NCBI GenBank assembly: GCA_951406725.2 | Contig: OX597817.1 | Location: 120,342,001 to 120,406,000, forward strand | DNA: 64,000 bases | From: Octopus vulgaris | Taxonomy: Eukaryota | Direction: 5' to 3' | Shown: positions 13,661 through 27,879 of the stretch, in pieces | Position numbering within the stretch: the first letter of the stretch is position 1 | How the letters are laid out: each line of letters begins with the position of its first letter | Notes under the pieces: model-generated | Databases searched by the model: none | What the model was told of the DNA's origin: nothing | The model's input: the letters and a program-made list of their open reading frames with translations, nothing else | Translations under genes and position numbers: made by a program

Positions 13661-16600
13661 GTAAGTACAATCTTCTTATTTAAAAATTTTCAAGAACAAT
13701 ACAGAAAAAAGTCTAATAATGTGTACAATCTATGAAAATAATACTCTGATAAAGTTAAAATCGCATGGCAAACACTGCACACACCTGGTCTTTAAGGATA
13801 TAAATAACATAGTAAAATAATTTCAAAAGCAACCAAAAAGATGTACAAAATATATATAATAATAACAATAGTAATCTCTGAAATCCATAAATAAAACTAA
13901 AGACAATATAAAACAATTAATGAAGTAAAAAACACTTTTTTTGTTCATTTTTAATCAATGTATGAGTCTGCCATAAGTTCAGCAGACAATGTCAGCCATT
14001 TTGGCATGACAATGAAATTTGAGATTTAGTTTGAATATACAAGACATTATGCTACAGCTTAGCTCATTGTTATTTGGATGAAATCCAAAAGAATATTTGA
14101 AGAACTTGCTAAGTAGCTGTCTTAGCTTCACTGTTATAGAATTTACTTTTCAGATAGAGTATTGATAAAGTACACAGTATGCTCTTTTCCTCTAGCAATT
14201 ATTAATTTTTCCTTTCTTGGATGAAATGATTTCTGCAAAACTAGCTGTTTATATATATTTTTATACGTTTGAATAGTTACTCACAACCATCCATGAACCA
14301 CATGTAGCACTACTTCTTAGTTAGTTAAGTCAAATAAGAAGACAGTTTTACTTCCATATTTAGAGATATAAAAATACACACACATATAAACTCATATTTA
14401 TCAAACCACACATTTATTTCTTTATTTACATCCTCATTCTTGAAAATCCACTTTTCCATAATTGCATGATCAGACGGAATTTGTTGAGGTAGATTTTCTA
14501 CAGCCAGATGCCCTTCCTGCTGCCAACCTTCACTTGTTTCCAGGAAAGGGAAATTTTTCTCATGGCCAGACACATTTTTCATACAAACACACACACACAT
14601 ATATACACAGTGGTAGTTTCCATCAACCAAATCAACTTATAGTGGTTTGGTTATCCTAAAGTTCCACACATGGGAACTGAACCGAAGGGCACATGGTTAG
14701 GAAGCAAGCTTCTTAACCACACAGCCATATCTGTACCTATAATGTGTGTGTGTGATTCTTTACATTAATTTTTCCATGCTAAGATGGGTGAGATTATGTT
14801 TTTGCTTTTACACTAGGACACCATTTCTATTACTGAGAGTTGCACTGATTGTCAGGCAAAATGATGCTACAGTATTTCCATTCTTTGCATAGGCCACACT
14901 CAGCTGTAATATAGTTTGAATCCATAATGTACACACACACACACATACAGACACACATACGCACACACACACACACATATACATACATACTTACACAAAC
15001 ATTACATCTGAAAAATTTTAGGGATTGATGTTTAAGAAAATACATTTTTGTTATTGAATTATTAATGAAGAAATTAGATCATAATGAGGAAAACACTAAT
15101 AAAACTAATAGAGATTTCTTACATTTCTACTAAGTTAATAATTGGTAAAGAGGAATTACAGATAGTTGAATAAGAACTGCAAACTATTAGTACATATTTT
15201 TTCTAAATCCCCAATATGTATAAAATGTGAAATCAACTTTTCTGAGAACAAAATGCAGAATACAGAAAAAGACAAAATGAAAATAGTTATAAAGAATTCT
15301 AACAAAATTCAAAGAAGTTATCCACTGCTTTTCCAAACTCTTCTTTTGCTACTTATTTTTATATCAGTTAAAGACTAACATGTATTAAATAAAAGTTAAA
15401 CAAAGAATAAAGGTAAGAGCTTGTCATTTTGTTACTGTAATATCTCACAAAGAATATCTTTGATATAATAGCAGATCCAAATGCTCATCAAACTGAATTT
15501 TCACAAGTACACTAATGAAATTTATTCCAACAGTATAAAGTTAAAACAAATTTATTTTAGGAATGATAGACAAGCAGGCAATATAATTTAACTAGGTAAA
15601 CAATTGAAACTTTCCAGATTTATAAAACTTTAAAAGATAGAAAAGTTAAGTTGAAATGTCAACAGTAGTTTAAAGATCAAACTAAAAATAAAATTGATAG
15701 CAAGATAAGAAAAGGCACAGTATGATTTTTTTCCATCTTCACCACAAAAGACAAAATGTTGATTCTCTTCATAGTAGTTATATGCATTTTAGAGTATTTA
15801 TAAGAATTACTAAAACCTATGTACATTCTTCAGACCCTTAGTTTGAAGAATAATTCACCTGTAAAAATAATAATTTTTGTTTTTAATGTGAACAATATTT
15901 TAATATTAAAACTCATTAAATAAAAAAAAATTAAACTATAATATACAAAAGTCTTAATTCCTCAGAAAGAAAAGAAGCAAAATTAACCAAAATTTCTTAA
16001 AGAGAAATGGTAGAAATTCTAATTCAGATGCTGCAGTCTAGACAAAAAGGCAACATATTTCCTTATATGAAGGACAAAGTTCAATTACTGCATAGAAACT
16101 ATTTTGTAACCAGCGAGTAATAAGTATTCACTTCAATAAAGCCTCTTTTTTGTTTATTTTTGGTTTTGTTTTCTAATTTTGGACATAGTCCGCAAAAACA
16201 TCTGAGTTCAATGAGCAAAATTTGTTGAACATAATTTTGAGATTAATTGGCATATCTGGCTTTTTGAAGAAATCATTTAATTACTTTACTGAAATAAGTT
16301 ATATGAACTGACAGGGAGTACAAGGTGAACTATTTCCCTCAGATCCCAAAATATATCTATGATCTATGTAAATTATTCAATAATGGTAATAACAAAAATG
16401 TAGTAATAGCTGAATAAAGAATAAAGAATCAATCATTAATCAATAGAGACTAAAATAGAATCTCTCCAGAGACATATGGCCAAAACATCAGTCAATGTTG
16501 AACAATCTGATATCATAAGAAGTAATAAAATAGCTAAAGGAAAGAACAAACAGTGAAAGAGTTAACAAAGAAGCAATTTAAGTAATCAAAATTTTAACAA

Positions 16601-16896
16601 ATGCAAGAAAAATGCAGATCTGTAACAGCTCATAAAAATGGCGTCCAATATATTTCTATTTGTTAGCTTCACTAGACAGAACAATTATTACTATCATGAA
16701 TGAAAAATAACATTTTTTCATTCATGAAAAAAATTTCCTTTTTCTCTATCTACCAGGAGCATAAAAGACAAATAACCCAACTCTAATATATATAGCAAAC
16801 ATGTATTTCAAAGCCTAGATAAATTTTAAAAAAAAAAGTTATACAGTAGGAAAATCTGAAGTCAGAATAATGATATACTGTGAAGTATTTTTCAGG

Positions 16897-17109
16897 TTAA
16901 ACCTTTAGCATTTAAACCAGCCATATCTAGCCCAAATATTGTACATGTTTCATATTCAAATCAGCTAGATCCCACCTCTCATTCCTACCCTACAATGTCA
17001 TTAAACAAATAAGCAATCCCATCTTTGAAATCTCGAACCTACAAAATAATTCATGGTTAAGTCAAAACAATTTGAATAAATAAGTATTACATTTGGCAGA
17101 GTAATCTGA
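16897..17109 (-). mobile_element. piggyBac-like MITE, copy 2
   Basis: Begins TTAAacctttagcatttaaaccagccatatc, the reverse complement of the end of the 10721 and 49178 copies. Confidence 0.65.
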
Positions 17110-18249
17110 TCCATTTTCATAACAAAAAAAAAAAAGAGTAATATATGACGATAAAAAATTAAATGAAAACTAATTTAATCAAAAATGTTAAGATCTAATG
17201 GAAATTATACTAATATTTAGAGCCTACCATTTGTATTTTTAAAGGTTTAATACTATTCAGCTACAGATTTCATTCAATTTAATGAAAGAAAATATCTCTT
17301 GAAGATGTTGCCACTTAACTGATACACTGATATTAGGTTTTCATGTACTCTCTTGGAATTACTTCACACAATCAGCATAAGCTAATCTCTATATCTTAAT
17401 GTTTCCTGTCTCCCATTAAAAATAATTTCATTGGTGATTTTTCAGCATTATGGCCAATTGTCATGCAACATTGATTACATCTGATTAACCAAATTACACA
17501 GTATCAAGTAGCAAGTGATGGCATAGCTATGGAAAATATGTCTCCCTTACTCAACAATTCAATAGAATTAAAAATATAAAGAAGAAAAAAAAACATTGCG
17601 TGGAAAAAAACTTGATTACTGAAACCCTTTCTGCATGTTAATAATGAGTTCTAACACACTGGCAGATGGTCACACATATCAGTGAAGTAGTACAGTCAAT
17701 CGATCCCTTCCTCAATGCTTGACAAGTATTTGTTCTATCGATTCCAGAAAGATGAAAGCAAAGCTGACCCTGGCAATATAACTTGCTCATATCTACTAGA
17801 TTAAATTAATGAACATCTAAAATATGTTACTGCATAATTTAACTTCATATCGACATTTATTTCTATAGTATGTGAAATAAAAAAAGAGCAAGACAGTTGC
17901 CAAGAATTTTACCTAAAAATATTTGAATTCATCATTATTTTATCTACTGTCTAAAACTTGCACTTGTTTCAGGGAAACATGATAGAGGTATTAAAGCCAC
18001 ATATTTTGTTCCATTAGTAGAATAGTTAAGTTCACCAACTATAGCAGGGGCACTGTTTTCTATAAGGATCTCCACTATAATCTTGGGCAAGTTTTTTCTA
18101 CTATAGCCTTGATCAACAATAATTTATATATATATATATATACACACAGATAGATAGATAGATAGATAGATAGACACACACACACACATATATATATACA
18201 AATAAGAAGAGATAAGGCAGGAAAAACAACGGTTATGCTATGAACTTCA

Positions 18250-18334
18250 TTAGCTTACAGCTGTTTCTTCTCTAAGACAGACTGGACTCTTAGTTGAATG
18301 GTAGGATAAGATCCAATAGCTTCATCGGAACCTT
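18250..18334 (-). ncRNA. Degenerate type I hammerhead ribozyme motif
   Basis: Minus strand reads ggtt-CcGATGA-(long stem II region)-GAAAC-AGCT-GTA-agct. Palindromic AGCT loop in stem III, 4-bp stem I, and a U4>C change in the core. Confidence 0.55.
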
Positions 18335-19490
18335 GAATATGAAGTGCAATTTATTTGGGTAAAAAGAATTACATTTTTCAAATATACGGGTAAAGCATTA
18401 CCAGTGAGAACATCATTGATGATGCAGAAGTGTGTTCTTTTGGACATATACATCAGCAATGGCTTTATCACTGGTAATGCTCTCCCTGTATGTAATTCTT
18501 TTCTCCATAAAATGCTCTTCATATTTGGAAACAGGTGAGAGTTAACAACAAGAAAGGTATTTGACCATAGAAAATCTGCCTCAATAAAGTCCATTCGATT
18601 CATGCAAACATGGAAAAGTAGGTGTTAAGATGATGACGACACACTATTCATTCTCTTATAAGTCAGTACCCAGATGATGTGCACAGTAGACAACAATGAG
18701 AAAAAAAGGTCCCAAAGCCTATTGTTTTCTTGTTATATCATTGTTCTGGTCTACTAGAGGGTCAACAAGGCTCATTTCTCATTTTCTGCAGTTAGATTAC
18801 ACAGACAATCATTGTAAGCTAATTTATTATGAAGTCCAAAAGCTAAAACAATTTGTTTCATCTTCTATAGAACAAAGTAACATTAAAGTATAAATTCCAA
18901 CATGGTACTTTATAAAATGCTACATGTGTTTCATTAGCAGGCAGTGAATTAACAGAGTTGTTTGAGCATCAAACAGAATGCCCCTTGCAGTATTTGATCT
19001 GGCTGTCTGTCTGAGCCCAAGTTCAAATCCTGCTGAAGTCAACTTTCATTTTCTCAGTGATGATAAATAAAAGACCAAACCATAGTAGCAGATTGTGGGA
19101 ATTTTAGGATGTCTTACAAGTGTGTTCTGGCACTTCGTATTCTAAGTTTATATTCCATTTAAGGATTCAAATATGTTAATAGCCAGAACTAATCATCCAA
19201 TCACAGGACCACAATTGATTATGAATACTGCAACTAGTTTGAAGAGTGCAGCATTGCAGCTGAATAATGATAACAGAGAGGATTATGAGAATGGTGATGG
19301 TGATGGTAGTGACAATGTTGAAAGAGAAAAATGTCAAAAAAAATTATTTTTACATAATTATGAATTTGCATAATCCAATATTTTTCAGTAATCTTCATCA
19401 AAAATTTCTATTTTTCTTCAAAATATTCAATTATTCAATTTTTTTTCTAATCAGGGTAACATGGTTGGCTGCTGAACTTTAGTTCTTTAC

Positions 19491-19571
19491 TGTCCCATCA
19501 TTGGGTTGGTTCCTTAGTGTCCCAACACTGTGTTGGTTCCTTAATGTCCCAACATTGAATTAGTTTCTCTT
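19491..19571 (+). repeat. 27-bp minisatellite, 3 units
   Basis: tgtcccatcattgggttggttccttag / tgtcccaacactgtgttggttccttaa / tgtcccaacattgaattagtttctctt. Confidence 0.85.
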
Positions 19572-19869
19572 TTCTGTTTCAAATTACTGCTTACGATATC
19601 TATAATGTTGGAAAATCATAGAAATAAATTTATTCTTGATATTTCCATTGAAACATTACTTCCAACTTATTTTTGTATGTTACCTCATCTGAATTTACAG
19701 ACAATTATAAACAAGACAATTTTAATTAAGATGACAAAGAACTGAGAATAATAATAGTGATGGAAGCAGTGGTAGTGTTGCAGTGGTGACAATAGTAATA
19801 ATGTAACAGAAAGCAATATTGCTAGAAACTAGAAAGTATTAAAATATCCTCTCATAAAATAATCTTTTC

Positions 19870-20080
19870 TATTATAAGCACAAGGCCTAAAATTTTGGAA
19901 GGAGGGATCAGGTCAATTTCATTGACTCCAGTGCTCAACTGGTTCATCTTTTCATCAATCTCGAAAGGATGAAATGCAAAGTCAAACTCAGCAGAATTTG
20001 AACTTTTAATGTAAAGATAGATGAAATGCCACTAAGCATTTTGTACGGGATGCTAATGATTTTGCCAACTCTCAACCTTC
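19870..20080 (-). mobile_element. SINE family B
   Basis: cgaaaggatgaaatgcaaagtcaa...gaatttgaact...aagcatttt matches the other B copies (21165-21335, 23333-23545, 61555-61773). Confidence 0.8.
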
Positions 20081-20254
20081 CCTTCATAAAATGACAGATC
20101 TTATCCATGGGTAAAGTATGCATCTGTTTCAATATACTGATTTCTGTTCCCTTCTTTTGAAAAGAAGTGATACAGTTACTTTATTTATTTCAGTGCATTG
20201 CAAATACTTATTTTATTGCCTCTCAGATAAGATATACAGATAATGTTACTAGCA

Positions 20255-20690
20255 GTGAGTAGCCTCTATGTGGTCACCTAACCAGCAAGAAAATGCAGTT
20301 AAATTTACTTTCAATCACATTATTTTATTGAGAAAAGCGAATTACATTTGGATCATGCAATCCTAGACAAAAACTGTCAGTAAAAACATTTTTTAAAAAA
20401 TAAAATAAAATAAAATAAAAAACTTGATTGTCATAGCTGGAATGCCTTTGATCAAAGGTCTACTCTGTAGAAATTAGTAAATGACAACAATGTTAACTGG
20501 AATGAGCCATAAAGGGAATCTCTGCTTCATTCAGCCCAAGTAGCATTGATATCTCCCTCTGATTATGCCTTACTTTCATGAAAAAAGGTAGACACAGTGG
20601 ATAACACAGTCCTAGATATACAATGCCCAATAAAAAGGAGAGATTGATGAAACATCTGTCCAGTGAAGGGTGACCTGTGGCTAAACAACT
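20255..20690 (+). repeat. Two tandem diverged copies of repeat family E
   Basis: Shared blocks ggata...gtcctagat, gctggaatgcctttgatca and gggtgacctgtggctaaacaac. Related pieces at 8270-8450 (minus), 25050-25245 and 25545-25750. Confidence 0.6.
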
Positions 20691-21164
20691 ACAGTCTCAA
20701 TGGAAAAATACTCAAAACAACAAAGTACAGCACAGAGTAAAAGATGCCTGCAGTCTTAAATACTAGCGTACCTTGTTATTTAACAGCAACATTTCAACTT
20801 CAGTATATTTAGCATCACATTATTAAGAGATTTAAAAGCATGTCAAACAGACTAAACTAATCTAATCAGTGCTGCATTTATTTTCGCTGCCTTGAACTAT
20901 TAGATACCATTTTAACAAACTCTTTATTTGGTAGAGAGAAATCTAAGTTTACTTTGCCAATAAGACAACGAAGTGATACTTTTCACCAAATCTTGTTCTG
21001 CCATACTCTATTAAGAAATACAATAATCTGACATCAACTATTGACTAAATTGAATTTTATAGAGAGAAGTAAAATGGAACGGATTACATTAGACTAAAAG
21101 AATATTAGGTAGGACGAGAACACTCATGATAGGTATTCACATTCTCATGGACTTGTGAAGCTAG

Positions 21165-21335
21165 CTAGGGGACTAGTCGATTACATTGACCCCAGTGTTT
21201 TACTGGTACTTAATTTATTGACCCCGAAAGGATGAGAGGCAAAGTGAACATTAGTAGAATTTGAACACAGAACGTAGCAAAATACCAATAAGCATTTCAT
21301 CTAGCATACTAACAATTCTGCCAGCTCACCACCAT
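21165..21335 (-). mobile_element. SINE family B
   Basis: gtcgattacattgaccccagtg...tattgaccccgaaaggatgagaggcaaag...aattctgccagctcaccacc. Confidence 0.85.
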
Positions 21336-22799
21336 ACATTCTGCCATAATAATAAAAAGAAGTAAAAAAAGCATAACTGAATAATGTAATCGGAAATGAG
21401 CAAAATAGCTAGTTAGTAAAATCTCAGTAAGAGATGAAAGTAGTAACTATACTGAAAAGTAATATGTACTGCCACATCAATATGGTTATTCAACATTACT
21501 ATTATTAACACAAATAGCCTGAAACTGTTCAGTATGATGATCTTGATATCTGCTAGAAGATGGTAGCGGTTCACTCTTCCTTTTTGCAATATATAACAGG
21601 TGCAGATTGCCCCAATAACCAGCTGGTAGAGGCTCTGCCCAGGGTTAAATGGTAGTAATGTTGAACAGCCATATTGTTGTAGTCAGAAATAATCTATCTG
21701 AAAAGATGGAGTGGTCATGGCTAGAATGTGTTTGATCATAGACCAGCTGTATCAAAGCCTCCATTCTGATAATATTTTGGACACTAACAGGGTGATAAAC
21801 ATTAGTGGGCACTGGAATCTATTTGGAAAGTGAGATAATTTACTCATAATAATGATTTAGCTATCACACAGGCAATCTTTGATAACAATGTGGCACTTTT
21901 ACTTTGTTAAACTGTAACTGATCATAATATTTGGCTCGGCAACCACAGAAGAATTTTGCTCTAGACACTGTGAAGCAGCCAGTTTGCTTTGTCATTGGGG
22001 ATACATTTTAAAGCAATTAAGAATTATTTTTTGGGCAGTTGTTGTTAATTTGTGTTATCAAATTATTTTTCTATTATTGTTTAAGCTTAGAGCATATGAA
22101 AGCATTAGATTGCTAGGAATATTTTTGTTGTAGCTTCCATCTTAAACAACAACAACAACACAAAAGCAAATAACAAGGACAAAATGCAAAAGAAAAATTC
22201 TTAATTGCACCAAAAAATATCTCCAATGACAACAAACAAGGAAGTCCCAGACAGTATCTAAAAACAAAAATGAAAATGTCTTCAGGAGCTACCAAACAGT
22301 GATACCAGTCACAGTTTGACAATATGAAAATGACATGCTATTTTCAATATTTCTGTAATGAACTTTCTGATGAAATTTTCAGTGAAAGAACTAATTAAAT
22401 ATTATAAAAAAAGATTCAAATTTGTTTGACCAGAGACTATTTTATTTTGGTTTTACTTTCATAAACTAAATTAGTAGGTAATAAATTATTTTAATATGCA
22501 GCCTGATAAAAGTAAATAATCTTTTTCAAGAAGATTAAAATGATTGATCAGAGACTAATTATTTCGTAATAGTATAAAGCAAGTATAAACCTCATTGTAA
22601 AATTGATACCATAATTGGTAGGCCTCAAGAATTGAGAAGTAGAAAGTATAAATTCTTCGATTGAATACTTTGGTTCAATAACTGTAGTTCTTTATTGTAG
22701 TCTGATTAACAAATACCTAATTTTTCTGGGTTTTTTTCAATCATGCCTTCACATACATCAATGAGTAATGTCATCATCATCACTGCCGCTGCTATCATC

Positions 22800-22990
22800 A
22801 TCATCATCCTCATTTAATGTCCAGTTTTCATGGGTTGGACACTGACAGGATCTAATGAATCAGAAGACTGCATCATCCACCAACGTTTACATTAGTATGG
22901 CTTCTATGGTCGGATGGCTTTCCTAACCTCAATCACTGTGCATAGTGTTCTGGGTGCTTTTACTGTTGCACCGGCACTAAGGAATTCCTT
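22800..22990 (-). mobile_element. Diverged family C 3' end
   Basis: (CAT)n followed by atttaatgtcc...catgggttggac...ggatggctttcctaac. Confidence 0.7.
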
Positions 22991-23332
22991 GTAGCTTGTA
23001 AGGCTAAGGCTTTAAAATGACCTATACAGCTGATGAAGAACAGAAGCAACTGCAAAATAATCCTTCGAGATGGAATAGGGAATGGGAAGGAGAGGCTAGG
23101 CAAGTATGGCAAGGAACATGGGAGAGAGATAGGGTTAGTGATAGGGTTGAGAAAAAGGGAGGGATAGAGTTAAAAAGATGATTAAGCTGGTTGTGTAGGT
23201 AGGTCAAGGGTTATCCAACATTATAAAGAGCAAGTAAAAACAGGTGTGTGGGATAGGAAGGGAGCAATAGACAAAGGTGAGAAAGAATTTTGAGACGCTC
23301 AGTAGTGGAGGGAGGTCTTTAGTACAGTAAAC

Positions 23333-23545
23333 TGGTTTCAAATTTTGGCAAAAAGCCAGGAATTTAAGGGGACAGGGTAAGTCGATTATATCAACCCTAA
23401 TGTTGAACTAGCACTTGTTTTATCGACTCCAAAAGGAAGAAAACCAAAGTCGAGATTGGCACAATTTGAACTCAGAATGTAAAGATAGGTAAAATGCTGC
23501 TAAGCATTTTGCCTGGCAAGGTAGAGCTTCTGCCAGGTCAACACC
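23333..23545 (-). mobile_element. SINE family B
   Basis: ggtttcaaattttggca...gtcgattatatcaaccc...atttgaactcagaatgtaaag...aagcattttgcctggca. Confidence 0.8.
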
Positions 23546-23979
23546 TTTCTTTGTACAGTAAATTTTCAGTAAGTTTTAAAGAATAAAAATAAAAGAATTA
23601 TGATTATCTATTTCCAAGTATTTTTGTTAATTGCCAAATAATCTTCCAATTTCTGTGTCAATTCTTAAAGTCCATCTCACATTTAACCTAATATTTTGTA
23701 TGAAATTAATAGATTAATGTAACCCTCCCTAGTAAAGAGGATTGGTCTTCAAGAGTCCTGTGCCAGTACCATGTAAAAAGCACTTGTATATCAGTGCACA
23801 GAAAGAATGAGAAGATTTAAAGACTTTGAAAATAACCAAGTAGGCAATTAATCCATTTCTATCCAAGATGCATCCAAGCCTTTTTGAAGGATTAATAGTC
23901 TTACAAAATGATTTTGAGGCTCTTGTACAGTTTTAACAAAGTATGTTCTGGCCAAAAATACAAGACAAATATCCTAAGC

Positions 23980-24530
23980 GACATATCCACAGACATTTTT
24001 TCCTCATAACTTCCTGAAAATTGGATATTTTTTAATAAAATTTCTAACAAATACTTTTCGGGTGGTGTACATTCCGATTATATAATCGGAATTTGTTGTG
24101 AAAAACTTTTTTGAGAGTGATGGGGAGAGGAGTTTTGGATAATATTCACGAGTCGGCTTTCATTCCTCGTAATTTTCAGAAAAATAAATACTTTTTAATG
24201 AATTTCATTTTTTTTTTTTTTTTTTTACAAATATCTTTCAGAAGGTGTAGGAACCGATTATATCGGAAATTTATGTGAAAAAAAAAAAAAGAAAAAAATG
24301 GTGGGCGTGCACACATACATACTGACATACGACCTAGATATCTACAAAATTAAAACTTTAAAAAAAAGTTAGGTGTGTGTGTGTATGCATGTATGCGCAT
24401 CCACTAATTATTACTTTTTTCACATTAAATTCCAACATAATCGTTAAAAAAATTCTGATATTATGGGGACCTACACAGTCTAAATGGTATTTGTAGAATT
24501 TTACATTAAACAATTTCCTGAAAGTTATAA
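23980..24530. mobile_element. Unclassified DNA-type repeat built from direct and inverted subunits of about 110-130 bp
   Basis: The unit ataacttcctgaaaa...acaaatac...ggtgta...ccgattatat..cggaa..tgtgaaaaa occurs at about 24005-24110 and 24165-24285, and inverted at about 24415-24530. Confidence 0.55.
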
Positions 24531-26149
24531 TGAAAACAATGAAACAAAGCTAGTGGGCCATATTTGTGTAGGTATATCTACAATAAAGAAGTTACGTACT
24601 ATACATGTAGGGTACGTATATATTTTAAGCAGCGAGAATGTTTTATTACATATATAACACGTATGTAGGTGCTTGTAGGTATATATAGGTGCTCGTGGAA
24701 GTGACACTATGAGGGAGTCTCTTTTGTTCTTTTTATGAGTTTTTGGAATGTCACTCGCTAATTCTGGTTTCTATCGCAATTTACTTTCACTTTTTCAGGA
24801 CAATTTTACTGTCCATTTTTACGACCATAAACTGCATGTTAATTGTAAAAAATAGAGTACCAAAAATGTTAAACTCTGTCAGTCGAAGACAATAATTTAA
24901 CGAAATCACATCCCGTTCAATTTTCAATATTTGGAATTGTTTCCCGTTCTATATATATATATGAATTTTTCTCAGCACTCACATGCTATAAAGACAGGTT
25001 CTTATATCTACTGGCAAGTCTCCGGTAAAACATAAACTGTTCCACAAAACTGCTTTGTGGAGTCAATTGACCAGCTCGAAATAACAGACAAATCTTCAAA
25101 ACAGACGATACCGTCTTGAAAGAAAAATCGTGAAAATATTTTGGATAATAAAGTCGGAGATAAACTATATGAGAAAGGCAGACGATAATAGCTAGAACAC
25201 TGTTCATCAATGGTCTGTTTACTCAATCAAAGCTGATCTAGGGCAAATCGATAGCTAAAATTTTGAAGTAAAATTATTTCACTCACTTAACTTAATTTTG
25301 TCTTTTCCAAACATCTCTTAACAGCATATAGTGTCACTCATTAGTGGACAAAAACAAAATAATAATCTAGAAAAGAAAAAGAAACAACGAATTGCTCTTT
25401 CTCCTTCTCACTATTTCTGTCATATTTGAAAATTGCATTACTAGGTTGAATACGGAATAAAACTAATCAGTGAGTCACCAAAAACAAGTAATTGTACCAC
25501 AATTTTTGGTTCCCGAAACGTCGGGTTTGATAACTGACGAGGGGGAGTGTTAAATCCTCACTAGACCTGCCAGTAATGGTAGTAACCAAATCTTCATTAA
25601 ATCACACAATAAAATGTGAAAATGGTCGGTGTAATCTTAGGTACATCATGTCCAAGAAAAATAAGTGAGAAATATAAAAAGCAAATAATGAAAATTATAC
25701 CTTTCATTATATCCCTGCAACATCAGGGTTCACCTACAATTAAACACCAACCAGTTTGACTCACTTTTTCTCTCCCTCTCTCACATATACACATAGAGGG
25801 AAGGAGAGACAATTACTCTACTAAACCTGATTTGGGATATGTAATCGCCTCCTCTAACAGACGTAAACTATAACGCAGATTCGTATTCTCCGTAGCCGAA
25901 AACGGGTGTTTTAAAGGGGTGTTTTTGGTGGGGTGCAAATGGAAGTCTTGCCCTTTCGAGAACTACTAAGGACTATTGGATCTCATTTGTGAACTATTAT
26001 ATAATAACACCTGCGATAGTCGATGGATTACTATATATATATGTGTGTGTAGTAATCATTCGAATATCGCAGCTGTTTCTTGCGAGTCAGGCAACTGCAT
26101 CGAGTTCCGCAACTATATAAAACAATTTACATGTTATTAATTCAGAACA

Positions 26150-26365
26150 AAGGAAGGCAAGCTGACAGAATCGTCAGCACACTGGGCAAAATGCTTTACG
26201 GCATTTCGTCCGTCCTTGTGTTCTGTGTTCAAATTCAGCAGAGGTTGAGTTTGCCTTTCATTCTTTCAGGGTCAATAAAACAAGTACCGTTTGAGAACTG
26301 GAGTCGATGTAATCGATTATACCCCTTCCTCAGATTTCAGGTCTTGTGCCCACAGTAGAAAGTAT
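26150..26365 (+). mobile_element. SINE family B
   Basis: aggcaagctgacagaatcgtcagcac...gttcaaattc...tttgcctttcattctttcagggtcaataaa...gtcgatgtaatcga. Confidence 0.85.
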
Positions 26366-27879
26366 TAATTCACAACAACCGGGACATAAGAAAAAAAATA
26401 TATTGTAGTATTTCTTCTGACTCTTTACGTTCCCAGTTCAAAGACCTGCCGAGGTTAAGTTTGTCTTCAATGAAATTAAGTACCAGTCGAGTAACTAGAT
26501 TTGATGGTATCGACTAACTTTCCTTACCCTCACCTAAATCAGAAAACATTTCAGAACAACGAAACGGAGGTAAATTACATATCTTAAACGCCATTTTGAT
26601 ACACCAATGTCAAAAACTTAAAATTAACTGATAATTATTATTTGGAACGTTGGATCTTGAAGTACGTAAAGCTTCAAATAATAACATGTTAAGCTGAAAA
26701 ACCCTTTTGGACAGAAAAAAGCGAAAAGCTGAAGTTATAAGTTATTTATAAATTTAACCTTTAAAGGTATTTTTTAATATGCTGGCCCTTGATAAAAAAG
26801 TTTTTCGAAAAATGTTTATCCTACATTAGATATATATATACATGTATGTATGTATGTATTAACAAGTTCGGCTCAAATGCAAACTACTCGAGAAAAATAT
26901 ATATAATGTATATTCTATAACTGTTTCTGATTAAGGCACAATGCCAGCAGATTAAAATGCCTGGGGGATAGTCAATATTATAGATTCCGAAATAATGAAA
27001 TGAAAAATGTTTCGTTGGGATTTAAATTCAGAATGAAAAAAAAATTACAAATAGCCGAAGAAATTTCTTAGATGCCCGAATTATTCTACCAAACTATGAC
27101 CTTTGTATATTCTACAATAGTTTCTGATTAAAGAAGAAGGCCAGCATATTTTAGGGAAGTGGGTTATCGATACAATTGATGACTGCATAATTTTACCAGC
27201 TTAAGCGGGATTTGAATTCCAAATGAAAAAAATACTGCAAAACATTTTGACCCGGCGCTCTAACCATGCTGCCGGTTTGCCGCTTTTATTATTTTTATTG
27301 AAAGCATTGGAGTATACTCATCAATATTATTTTATATTAACAGCAAATTCCATCGAAGCAAACGATAAAATAAGTACTGGGGACGATATAATATCGAGTA
27401 CTACCCTCCCGCAAAATTTCAGGACTTTTTGCCTATAGTAGAAAGGATTGTATTATATAAGACGTGGTTCTGTGACGCTGGGGAATAGTCGTCTGCTTTT
27501 CTTGAAAAATCAAGGACAATAGATGACATGATTTCATATATCACAGAACCTCAACTTAAAACTGAGAAAACAATAGAAATATCTATTTTCGAATCTAACC
27601 TTTAACCAGATATTAACAAAGTATTCAGAATTAAATAGCAATAATCGTAAATTTTTTACGTCGTAAAATGTCACACACACATGTGCACGTAAATAGATAG
27701 ATAGGTAGATTGCAATAATTAAGAAGATAACCTTACAGTGGTCCAGATTGCTACAGTACATTAATTACAAGACTAGTGAGAGTGTGTCAATTGTTCAGTT
27801 ACAGACAAGATATATTAATTTGTACATTTGAATTAGTCTGAGAGTTGTACTTTTAGCTAAATAAAAAGAGACATAATCA

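Noticed and set aside
16694-16727. 14-bp perfect inverted repeat
   Set aside because: Short, AT-rich and isolated; no functional evidence.
19491-19571. Regularly spaced repeats resembling a CRISPR array
   Set aside because: Contiguous 27-bp tandem units without unique spacers; eukaryotic context and no cas genes.
22365-22392. ctgatga...gaaa hammerhead-like spacing
   Set aside because: No stem II, stem III or stem I pairing.
25050-25256. Apparent first exon with a DRE-like tatcgatt
   Set aside because: The sequence aligns with repeat family E and the motif lies at its end, so it is not independent promoter evidence.
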